Of a stretch of 64,000 nt of DNA, positions 13,561-24,885 are shown in pieces (positions within the stretch are counted from its first letter, which is position 1; each line of letters opens with the position of its first letter). The notes under the pieces were generated by a model. The model was not told the origin of the DNA and did not search any database. It saw only the letters and a list, made by a program, of their open reading frames with translations. A program made the translations under genes and the position numbers. This DNA is from Nageia nagi (lineage: Eukaryota > Plantae > Pinophyta), in NCBI GenBank assembly GCA_050084985.1, contig JBITNC010000001.1, positions 105,710,001 through 105,774,000 on the forward strand, given 5' to 3'.

Positions 13561-15499
13561 CATCTCCCTTCTTTCCTTTCCTATATCTTAAAATCCCCTT
13601 AAATAGGGAAGATGTAAGATGTATATAGCTTAGTTTACTTATCTTTATTTTATTAAATGGTAAATGTATTAAGTCCTTTTTTTAAAAAAGACTTTTGAAA
13701 GGGTATCCAAACCTTTTATAGTTCTATAAGTGATAAAGATGATATTCTTTATAGATAAAAACATAATAGAATACCTCAAAAAAATGAAATGAAGCATTAA
13801 TCCTATATTCAAAATAAAGCATTATATATATTTACTATTATATAAAAAAATGAAGCCAACTATTATTTTGACCTTAATTCACCTTTTGCATCCACAACAA
13901 TTTTGGAGTAAAAATCCTTTTAATATCAAATTAGACCATATGCATCCCTATTTCAAAACTTATCTTCATAACATCCTCACCATCTTCAAATTTGAATGAT
14001 AAATTTTTGTAGTTATTACTGAAATACTTGAGATATATTTTCTTCTTCACTATCTATACCTTTTTGGGATTTGACATGGTGATATTTCAAATAGATCATT
14101 TGGTTGGCCTTGGATAAGCATATCTTTGGCTAACCTTCTATTGTGTATTTCAAAGTATTGAAGTATACAAATTACTTGCTTCTTTGGTCTATGCTTAGTT
14201 TGTTTTTTTCTCATAGCTACTTTATTTTTCTTATTCTACTTTTTCATGTTGTTTTTCTACTTTTTTTAGTTTTGCTTCCTTTTATTTTCTTTCTCTAATG
14301 ACTCTTCATCCAAGTCAATTATTTGAATACCATTGTTTGTAGCTCTTTTCCTATCTTGTTCCTTTTATTATTGGGTTCAATTGAAGATTCCTTGCTTTTC
14401 TAAATTGGTATTAATCATGGTAGATTCCCTTGCTCCATTTATCTTTGTATCCTAATTATATTTTCCTTTCTCAATCCTCCCTTTCCTCTTTCCTTTCCAT
14501 TTAGATAAATCTGGACTCTTCCCCTTATACAAATCTATAGTATTCTCCTAACTTCTACCTCTTGTTGATGTTTGTACTTCATTTTCCTCTAGATTTATTT
14601 CCTTTTGAGAATCTTCTTTAGTTTAATGTTTTCCTCATCCTCTCTAATTACAATATAACTATTAGGGTTAACTCTAGCTTATTTTTCTAGAGTTACATCA
14701 TACACTAGTTTGATCACATATTGATGTAATGAAAAATCAATTCTATCTTGTTTAAATTTATTAACATAAGTTCTCATGGAAAGTTGAATAAAGAATGGAA
14801 AATTAATTATCTCATACTTATATTTAAAGTGGTTTAGTAATGCACAATAGAAATTTAACACCTCCTTTTGCCTCCCATCGAGTGAGATATATATTATAAT
14901 TTATTTCACTACTCTATCCCAAGGGCCAAGGAGACTAATTCTATGGTAACTTATTATGTATTTCAAACTTTGAATGCCCTCCACTTCAAAGTTTTGAACT
15001 TCATCAATCTTGCTTACTTTGGTGTTTCTTTTGGTTTCCTCACCTTTGTTCTTCAGGAATGTTTCCTCTAAATTTTTTCCCTTTATAAAACTAACTTCTA
15101 TAGTGTGAATTAGACATTTTCCTCCATCCCACATTCTTCTAACTTCTATAGATAATTTTTTGTTGAACCCTTTACATTCTTTGATGAACTATTATAGACC
15201 TCCTTCATAAAGTATATGCTAATTTTATAGGTATTTCTTCTCCTTTTTGGTATTTGTAGGTTTTGTAATCACAAGTTCTCTCCTCCCCCCATCTTCATTC
15301 TCTTCCTCTACAACTCTACCATATCAGTTATGTCTCATGCATGTTGTATCATGTTTGTGTAAACAAAGTTGTATGTATCGCATTTTCTATAAGGATGGAT
15401 TGATTTCCATCCTGTGTAAGCATTTAATTCCTACTTGTAGAGGTGCTTCATTATTTATATTATCCTCCTAATCATAATTATTTCTATTATAAATATAAT

Positions 15500-18400
15500 A
15501 TTCCTCATACTTTCCAAATCTAGGAAACTTATATTATTTTTTGATTTGACCTTCCCTCATCACAAGTTAAATTCCATATAGCTCTTAATTTAGATCCCTT
15601 TTTTCTTATGTTTGTCTTTCCATTTGTTTAGATTCTATTAAAACATTGATATGTGTTAGATTGGAATTTTATAAATTCCATGTCTTGTTGTATACCATCA
15701 ATATCAGCATCTAAATTCTTTATTATTCTTAACTTGGGTATCATATAAACTTGGAGGGTTTCATTCTTATCATTTTCAAAGACTTTGTTATTTCCTTACT
15801 TCCATATCTACCAATACATGTTAGGTAAAATGAAGTTCTATAATGCCTTTATCTTTTTATTCTTTTTTCTTCCTTCCCATAAGATTATGCTTTCAGATGC
15901 TGAAGTAGGTGTACCCCAACAAAAGTAAAGGTCTTTCTTCATGAGATTCCATACTTCCTATGTAAATTTCCATTCCATAAAGAGATGTTTCTTTATTTCT
16001 TTATCTTCCATGTAGAGTTTGCATCTATTTGGTATTTGAAATCATTTTTTTTAGGTTATCTAAGGTTGGAAATTTATTATCACATGAAGAATGTAATTTT
16101 AGAATTACACCTTTTATTTATATTTTATTCCATAATCCTTAGCTTTCTATATTTGATAAGTTTGAAGTAACTTTATTAATCCTCTTACTATAAAATCTCC
16201 ATCTTTCATTACAATCCATTTAGATTGACATTTTTGTTTTAATAATGTTATCCTTTTCTCCTATAGTTCCATCTAGTTTTCCTCAATTGAATTTTAATCT
16301 ATTATTTGCTGTTTGATTAGTTACCCACTTAGCTTTGTTCTCCTCAAAGTAATTTATTACTTTTTGCTCCTTTATTTTTCATGGAACACTTTGTTTCCTT
16401 TTTATATTCCTATATTTTATTATAGGTTTGCTTCTTAGCCAAGCATCTTCCCAAAAAAACTTTTTTCCCATATACCTACCTCTTAGGTAACATTCTTTAT
16501 AACCAAGTGTTTAGATTTCAATATATCATTCCAAAACGGAGAACCATAGTGAGGGTTTTATATCCTAAGAATTGAAATATTACCTTGTAAATATTTAGCC
16601 TAACATGTTCTTACCCATTATCTATCTTCTTCTATAGCTAATTTCTAGATAAGCTTTCCCCTCAAGGATTGACTCATTTGGGCTATGTTCTTGAGATTAA
16701 ACCATGTAGCTTTTTTCCATGCATATCATTTTCTATAATAATAAAGTAAATTTCTTTTATCTTCTTCACCTATTATATAGAAATATACTACATATCCAAT
16801 TTATCTTTTTACTTATAGATTATGGGATTTTGAATACCAATGAACTGTTTATGGGTGTGCTATGAATTGAGTATCTAATTAATGTGAGTTTACCAAAATA
16901 GTTTCAAAAATTCATGCTTTTAAGCTACTAAATTTTCATTTTATCCTCTCAAGTAATCTCAATATTTTTTCTTAGTTTCCTTTGAATAGGAGCATGCCTA
17001 AATATTTGGTTGATAAAGTATCTATTTTGCATACCATGATTGGCTATATTTTTATTTCTTTTATTGATTAAGAAAGATAGATTCATTTCTAAAGATTATT
17101 ATTTTGATGTGTAGCCTTCTTATATAGTGTAAGTATATCTTTGAATTGGTTTTCTTTATTTATATTAACTTGTCCTATTAGAATTATAACATCTACAAAT
17201 TGATGATGGGTAGTTTCTTTACAATTTTTACTTGAAATTACTCCTTTCAATTTTTTACTATCTTTGGCTCTTTTGATGTCTCTCACTAATGCTTCTATCA
17301 TAATAATGAAGAGGCGAGGAGAAATTGGATCTATTTTTATTAAGCCCCAAATTTCTCCAAAAATGCTAGTCACCTCTCCATTAACCAACATAGAGAATTT
17401 TGGTGTTGATATACATTCAAAGATCCATGATCTCCATTTTGTAGAAAATCCAATCTTAGGAATTATTGATCTAAAAAAAACACCTTACCCTATTATATGC
17501 TTTTTCCTTGTCCAACTTCAATAATATTACTTCTTCCTTCTTATAATGGACGGAATGTACTACTTCATATATTATTATTATTCCATTAGTTGTTTTTCTT
17601 CCTTGTACAAATCAATCTTATTATGGGGATATTATATGCAAAAGTAGATGCTTCAATCTATCTACCAAAATGTTTGTGAGTATTTTACAAACCACATTAC
17701 AAAGACTTATTGGTCCAAGATATTTAAAATCTTTTTTCTCTTGTATTTTAGCTATCAAATCCAAGAAGGTTATGCTCCATTGTTTAAGAAGCTTACCTTT
17801 TTTAAAGAATTCTTTGATTTCATTTATTACATCTTTTTCTATAATTTCCTAGTTTTGTTGGAAGAATCCTATTGGATTTCCATCTAAGCCTAGTGATTTA
17901 TTCTTATTCATTATGAAAAGGGTATTTTTTATCTCTTCATTAGTAACATTCCTTTTTAATTCTATAATTCTCTTTTGATCTACTATGCTAGGTATAAATT
18001 CTAAAAGATCCATCATTTCTCTTCTATTTAGTCTCTAATTTGATTTCAATAGTTTTGGGTAGAAATATACTCCTTCCTTCTTTACTCATACTCATCATTA
18101 GTAATACTTTCATCTAATTTCTTCACCTTTGTTATTTATTAAAGCCTATCCTTCTCATTGTAGATATTTTGAAAATCTAGTGTTTATATGTCTCCTTTCA
18201 ACCAATTTATTTTGTAATGCATCTCCTCTTGTGATAGTGTATTGTAGTAATATTTATTTTCCTTTTTGAGTCTGTTTCCTTGTCCCTTCCTTTTCATTTC
18301 CTATTTTGAAGTTAAATTCTTCTTAGCTTATACATTACCAAATACCTACTTATTCCATTGCTTCAATTTCCTTTTGAGCTCATCCAATTTCTTTGATAAT

Positions 18401-18640
18401 CTATACGTGGTTGTTCCTTTAAACTTTTTTTAATACAATGTGCAAAACTATTTGAAATTAAGGTGGAACACCCATGTGTACTCAAATTTAAAAGGTGATT
18501 TTATTTATTTATTTTTTCTTCTTTTGGATAGGTTTAAAATTAAGTAGCATTGGTTTGTGATTTGAAGCAATTCTACGTAGAGATATTTAGTCACTATTTT
18601 TATATTCTTCCAACCAATCTAGGTTTACAAGAAATCTTGA
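15500..18640 (-). mobile_element. Second, 5'-truncated degenerate L1-type LINE ORF2
   Basis: RFLVNLDW..ASNHKPMLL (endonuclease end) and FKFEYTW; ORF 17089-17391 gives LVNG..DPISPRLFIIMIEAL..THHQFVD; C-terminal W.IWK..NNKVFEN near 15770-15810. Confidence 0.9.
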
Positions 18641-19269
18641 TCCACCTTGAACCGTAACAAACTTTCTTTATTTGGAGCTTGATCCACCAAATTCTTTTAT
18701 TTAGTAAATGTCTTATCCATTTTGGATTTTCCAAACATTCATGGTGATCCGAACCTCCCAATATTTACATAAGAAATTGTTGTAAAAGATGACCATTTTT
18801 AGCACTTCAAGGATAGATAATGTTCATGTGATGATTATTGGTGATTGAATAAAGGATGTTTTCTATAAAAATAGAATAAATATTGTTCTAAGAAATGATT
18901 TATTACATCAAAATATTTCACTACATGATCATGTAGTTGTATTAGAGATAGGAAAGGATAAAAGTATAATGTCTTTGTACACTTTTCCCAACCTATTGTT
19001 AGATTCTATAAACAATGTTATGCTTAACGAATGATGGTAATTTTTTTTTCAAATTTTGTCGAACATGATTCGAAGTCATGGTGAAAAGTCTTCGAAAGTT
19101 ACGTAGAGTAAGAGGTGAAATTATTATTATTTTTAAAAAGTTGTAAATTATTAGTGATATATATTGATTTTTAGTTTTATGATGGGTGTATAAATATACC
19201 ATAAGACTATTATCTTAAAACCTGCATATGAATCTATAATGGAATTAAAATACATGTAAACAATCCATT

Positions 19270-19670
19270 CTTAAAATATGTAGATGATCGCTTTTTAAAC
19301 ATTTGAATAAAAGATACATAGTCATCACCCCTTTTGTGGAGATGATCATTTATACTTTTCTATAGATGATCATCTATACTATTTTCAAATGATCATCTGT
19401 ACCTTTTTGTAGATGATAATCTGTAGAAAAATGTAAATGATCATATGTAGAAAAGTGTAAATGATTATTTGCATAAAAGTGTAGATGATCATATGTAGAA
19501 AAGTGCAAATGATTATCTGCATAAAAGTGTAGATGATCAATTGATAAAAGTGCATACGATCATTTGAATAAAGAATAGATGATCATCACCACTAATATAG
19601 AGATGATCGTTTGCACTTTTCTACATACAATCATCATCATATTAGCGCTATCGATCATCAATGTTTTACA
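19270..19670. repeat. Degenerate ~21-23 bp tandem array with palindromic core AGATGATCATCT
   Basis: Repeated units such as aaaagtgtagatgatcatatgtag and cttttctatagatgatcatctatac occur in both orientations. Confidence 0.85.
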
Positions 19671-19815
19671 TATGATATCACTTTGAAATTAGATAAGGTA
19701 TTTAATGTAGTTGTACATAATAAATTCCTACATGTGTTTACTATTATCAAAGGCCTTCCACAAGTCATTTGCACTCCATTTCAATGCATTCAAGTCTCTA
19801 ATGCTATGAATATGC

Positions 19816-21800
19816 AGTTCTCTTCATACCTCCTAGTCCCTCCTATCCCCATGAAATTTTCCTAGTCCCTTCATGCCTCCTTCTTTACAAATCCTTCCTC
19901 TCCTCACTTCTCAAGACCAACATTTTGACCTCCAATGCTACCGCCCAATAAGCATCTTATAGCTACAAAAATCTTATCTTCCTGCTAATTTTTGAGATTC
20001 TTACCACTCCTATATTTGAATTTAGTTGGTTGTAAGAATCCGTTCTTTTACAATTGGTTTCAATTGGCATGTTTTCGAATGATATTCCTCTTTTTGATGC
20101 AATTACAAACTCTTTTGATAATGAAAACTCAATCATAACAATGATGGTCCATGGTAAACATGTTTCTTTCTCTGTTAAACCCTCTATTGTACATAGGTTG
20201 ATAGGTCTACCATGCAAGGATGTTGAGGAGCATATGAATACAAAGGTAACTCTTCTAATGAATAAAGAAAAAAATACTTCTAGAAACAACGTATGGTATC
20301 TCTACAGAATGTTTATTAGGTAAAAGGGTTTTTCATTTTTTAAGTCACCTTATGCATTTTTTATATTTCAATATATATTTTTATGTGTTATTTGTAATTT
20401 GCATTAGTGTTATGATCGGGTTAATGATGTAGTTTCATATTTTTTGTAGTTAGCTACAATCCCTTAAGAAGGGGTCTCAACATGGCAAATGTTCAGAACT
20501 CTTTTTTGGAGGTCATAATAGAGTTCCTTCAAGCCAAAATTATTCTTCAAAGGAGATATTTAGATATTTTATTTGGGGCCTTTTCTACATTCTATAGTGT
20601 ATTGAGCATGAAAAATTTGATTGGATCTCTTTCATCTCAAATAGGATTAGATTCGATATTTTTATAATCAAAATATCAAATTCTCAAAATATTTTCCTAT
20701 CTAGCTTCAATTATTTGCTTGCATTATACTACGAGGCTTTATACAAATTGCAGAACATTCCATCTTAAACTATAGCTCATAGTCAGTTAAAATCATTAGA
20801 ACTAATGCTCCGAGTCTATAGTTCTCTTCATACCTCCTAGTCCCTCCTATCCCCATGAAATTTTCCCAATCCCTTCATGCCTCCTGCTTTACAAATCCTT
20901 CCTCTCCTCACTTCTCAGGACCACCATTTTGACCTCTAATGCTACTACCCAACAAGCATCTTATAGCTACAAAAATCTTATCTTCTTGCTAATTTTTGAG
21001 ATTCTTACCACTCCTATATATGACTTTAGTTGGCTATAAGAATTTGTTCTTTTACAATTGGTTTCAATTGGCATTGTTTTTGAATGATATTCTTCTTTTT
21101 GATTTAATTGCAAACTCTTTTGACAATAAAAACTCAATCGTAATAATGATGGTCCATGGTAAACATGTTTCTTTCTCTGTTAAACCCTCTATTGTACATA
21201 GGTTGATAAGTCTACCATGCAAGGATGTTGAGGAGCATATGAATACAAAGGCAACTCTTCTAACAAATAAAGAAAAAAATACTTCTAGAAACAACGTATG
21301 GTATCTCTACAGAATGTTTATTAGCTAAAAGGGTTTTTCATTTTTTAAGTCACCTTATGCATTTTTTATATTTCAATATATATTTTTATGTGTTATTTGT
21401 AATTTGCTTTAGTGTTACAATAGGGTTAATGATGTAGTTTCATATTTTTTGTAGTTAGCTACAATCCCTCAAGAAGGGGTCTTAACATGGCAGATGTTTA
21501 GAACCCTTTTTTGGAGGTCGTAATAGAGTTCTTTCAGGCCAGAATTGTTCTTCAAAGGAGACATTTAGATATTTTATTTGGGGCCTTTTCTACATTCTAC
21601 AATGTATTGAGCACAAAAAATTTGATTGGAGCTCCTTCATCTTAAATAGGATTAGATTCGATATTTATCAAATTCTCAAAATATTTTCCTATCCAGCTAT
21701 AATTATTTGCTTCCATTATACTATGAGGCTTTATACAACCTATAGAACATTTCATCTTAAACTATAGCTCATAGTGAGTTAAAATCATCGGCACTAATTG
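19816..21800 (+). repeat. Tandem duplication of a ~1.0-kb unit (copies start at 19816 and 20820)
   Basis: Both copies begin agttctcttcatacctcctagtccctcctatccccatgaaattttcc and are colinear with scattered substitutions; ORFs 20054-20323 and 20996-21328 are near identical. Confidence 0.97.
20054..20667 (+). pseudogene. Intron-containing gene fragment resembling MULE/Ulp1-associated (DUF1985/PMD-like) proteins; second copy at ~21058-21670
   Basis: Peptide FDAITNSFDNENSII..HGKHVSFSV..SIVHRLIGLP resembles the 'VH.xLGLP' motif of Mutator accessory proteins; putative intron gtaaaa...tttttgtag (~20320-20448). Confidence 0.4.
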
Positions 21801-22369
21801 CAGAGGAAGTGTGGGTAAACGAATTTATTTTTCTTTTTTGCTTTAATGAATTTATTTTATTAGTAAGTTAAGGAAAAAAGCTAAAAGGATTATTGATTTA
21901 TTGAATTTTTTGTTTATGTTTAATGCAAAAAAAGTAGCAAAATCAACTTTTCAAATAAATGCTGCAATTAGAGGCACACAGCTCGAAGATTGAGATTCCG
22001 AAGGTAAAATTGGTACACCTTTGATCAGGAAATCTATGAAAAAGTGAAAAGTTAATTGTAATTCATGAGTCAAAATTGATAATAATTTTTTTTTAATTTA
22101 AGATTTTTATAAATGTTATTAAAAAATTGAAGTATATGATTGAATATATATAAGTTTAAAAAGGTAAAAGTATATTAACATCTACGAATATCAACAAGTC
22201 TAGAGAACGACTAAAGTACATCTTGTAGTAAGAATCAAATATAAGACACAAAATGCAACAAAGTCATCTTATGACGAACTCAACCAAAAAACTAATCCAT
22301 ATTTATATATTTATAAAGGAAGCAAGTCTTCTCAAAGATATCATAACATTTTCATACAATTATTTATTG

Positions 22370-22689
22370 CTTTAGTCTTCGAGAACTACGAACGTATATA
22401 CATGTTTAATATTTAACATTGACGCGTTGTGGCATTTGCGCTCGAAAACCAATACTTTGCAGGTTCTTCGCCAGTGTAGCTCGACTCAACTGCGGTTTCC
22501 ACACTCTTGACGCTCTTTCCTGGTCATTTCTCAGAAGCTTCTGAAACTTGTTTCCTATCTCACAAATTTCGGCAATAAGTACTTCCCACAAATCCAAATC
22601 GGATAGAGGAAAAGCCTAAACAAGACAGCAATCCGTCGGGCATTGCTTCAATAACTTCTTCCTCCTTAGGCTTTTCCGCATCCAAAAAA
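22370..22689 (+). promoter_or_regulatory. CpG-retaining proximal promoter/5' UTR of the HMA gene
   Basis: High CpG density relative to the flanks; TTGACGCGT at 22419-22427, TTGACG at 22507, palindrome TCAGAAGCTTCTGA at 22531-22544 and AAATTTC at 22564. Confidence 0.6.
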
Positions 22690-23059
22690 ATGAAGGTATG
22701 TAGAAGTTGCTACACTGTTACGAGTAGGAATATGTAAACTAACTGCTTGATATTTGCAGAAGATAATAGTGTTGAAGCTGTCGATAGAGGATGAGAAAGC
22801 CAAGAGAAGAGCCCTCAAGCTAGTGGCTGACGTCGAAGGTATTGCAGTTTGTTTTTCTTTCTTTCTTTCTTTCTTTGTGTGTAATCTGCGCTTCAAGGCA
22901 AGTGAGAAAGAGAGGAGTGATGCAGGGGTAGATTCGGTGGCGGTGGACATGAAGGAGGGGAAGATAACCGTTGTTGGGAATGCAGATGCAGTCTATCTCA
23001 CAAGGAAGCTCAGAAAGCTTGCTCCAACCGACCTGTTCACCGTCGGCCCTGCCAAGTAA
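22690..23059 (+). CDS. Heavy-metal-associated (HMA) domain protein, HIPP39-like, 72 aa, C-terminally truncated (exons 22690-22695, 22760-22838, 22926-23059)
   Basis: ATGAAG|gtatgt...tgcag|AAGATA...GAAG|gtattg...tgcag|GGGTAG. Spliced product MKKIIVLKLSIEDEKAKRRALKLVADVEGVDSVAVDMKEGKITVVGNADAVYLTRKLRKLAPTDLFTVGPAK* matches the CxxC-less HMA pattern and micro-exon structure of HIPP39-type genes. Confidence 0.9.
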
Positions 23060-23156
23060 GACAAGTAAAAGGAAGACAATCCAGAGACTCTGCTACAGCC
23101 CCTACCCATACAAAAATATTACAAAATACCATCCAACTGGCTGAACCATGTGCTGA
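23060..23156 (+). pseudogene. Disabled ancestral HIPP C-terminal tail with relic CaaX box
   Basis: After TAA the frame reads DK*KEDNPE; the +1 frame reads LCYSPYPYKNITKYHPTG*TMC* with TGA at 23142-23144 where the CaaX Cys is expected. Confidence 0.75.
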
Positions 23157-24239
23157 ATAGATCAAAATAGTAGCTTCTTAATTTGTAATTCATAGTTATA
23201 AAATAGTTAAGTAATGACTCCTCGGTAAAACAAGTCAAATTAAATTATTTGGGTAAATTTTTGCTTTGTCAAACTCTCTTTTTTGTTTTTTTTATATTCA
23301 ACATTAAAATAATAACTAAGCATCCGCTCATGGGGACTTGAAGTAGCAGGAACTAAAAACTATGCATCTAAAGAATGTAAATAAATTCTTCTAACTAGCT
23401 GTTATTGGTATGGACAAGGTTTTGGTGATTTGGATGGAAAGCATGTGGTAAATATTTTTGGATTGACGTTTTACCTATAGGAATATTTATCATGGTGATC
23501 AACAAAATAATATAATAATAATTAAGCATTTTAATTAGATATTTATGTTGTTCAAAAATGATAATGTTTATTTCAAAAAGTATTTGAGGGTACTATGGTT
23601 AATCATGATTCTGAATTAAATTCTTCTTAGATATAATTTTTGTTTATCAATATCATGAAGAATAGTTAATATTTAATGATTTTGAATTAAAAAAGAAGAA
23701 GATTTAAATAGGTTTTTTTCTCAATTAATGATTTTGTTACATCAATATAGATCCAGTACCTATGCTTATTCATCACACTCAATTACAAATAGATTTTAAA
23801 AATTAAAGATATTTAAAATCAAATTAGAGTACATTGCATTTCTTAATTGATTTAATTATTTTATCTAAATGAAAGCATCCTTCTTTTTATATGTTATTTA
23901 TGTAGTTATTATTTTTCATAGCTCTTTCAAAATAAATGTAATAAGTTGTATATCCCAATAATCATCTTGATCTTGTTTGGATCAATTTTGTCTACTTCAA
24001 TTGAAACTATTTTCCTTAAATATACTACTTATAATATTAAAAAATGAGAATCTAGACTTCTTCATGAAGAGTCGTTTCTTATATAAAATATTAAATTCTT
24101 ATTCTACCTACTAATAATCATCTTTCCATTTATTGTTACAAATCAATTGATATATCATCATAGGAAGTCAACAAAAAAATCCTCAAACTGGGAATAAAAA
24201 TAAACTTCATAAGACTTTGGAATGTAAATCATACATTAA

Positions 24240-24369
24240 TTAATATAAAGCATATAAATGGGACAATTGTATGGGGAGTACAATGTATGTCATGGCTGGT
24301 GGGAATTGAACATAGGACTCAAGATGCAGTAAGGTCCGCATGTAGCCAACTCAACCCAGAGATATACCA
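24240..24369 (-). mobile_element. tRNA-derived SINE-like element or tRNA pseudogene
   Basis: Minus strand has an A-box-like TGGGTTGAGTTGG (24346-24358) and B-box GTTCAATTCC (24302-24311) at tRNA-like spacing, followed by a short body and AT-rich tail; I could not fold a clean cloverleaf. Confidence 0.6.
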
Positions 24370-24436
24370 GCTTTTCAAATATAATTCCTTATAAAGGAAT
24401 GCCTCTAGATATTAATTAAATAACCTTTATTTGGTA

Positions 24437-24885
24437 ATATCTTGATTCGAAATCCCATTTTATAAAAATTCTAGCATCAAATGAATTAAAGAAAATGATA
24501 AAAAATTTCTAATATAAAATAACGAATAATAATAAAATTGTTACTATGAAGTTATATGTGTATGTCTTGTTTGTTTCATGACTATGACTATGATAACTAT
24601 GAAATAAAAAAACATCATTCAAGCACTCTTTCTATGTTAAATTTGTATTATATATATTCTAAATCTAACATAATCATCCAAAATAGATTTTAAGATCATT
24701 TTAAAATTAAAATATGTGAAAATGTGGATTTTATCACTTCATTTTGAATTCCTCTCTCTGTCATTGACATCCTAGATTGGGACACTATGTGTCTAATAAT
24801 AAATGGGAGGTATTGCATTCCTAAGTTTCGAGGAGATAAATAAATAAATAAGGCGAATAATTTTTGTTTAACACCACCTTGGACG
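24437..24885 (+). repeat. Non-coding segment, diverged direct paralog of 52872-53365
   Basis: Shared colinear blocks: aatatcttgatt; attctaaatctaacataatc; ggattttatcacttcattttga; ctaataataaatgggaggtattgcattcc. Confidence 0.9.

Noticed and set aside
19270-19670. CRISPR-like palindromic repeat array
   Set aside because: Eukaryotic context, degenerate repeats, no unique spacers and no cas genes.
22666-22950. 94-aa antisense ORF over the HMA gene (also 22406-22597)
   Set aside because: Shadow frames of a GC-richer region with no recognisable motif.
22754-23059. 101-aa single-exon ORF as the real gene model
   Set aside because: It starts at a TTG inside intron 1 and reads through intron 2; the spliced 3-exon model fits the family better.
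23142-23144. In-frame TGA at the CaaX Cys as selenocysteine or programmed readthrough
   Set aside because: Land plants lack the Sec machinery, and upstream stops plus a frameshift already block translation to this codon.
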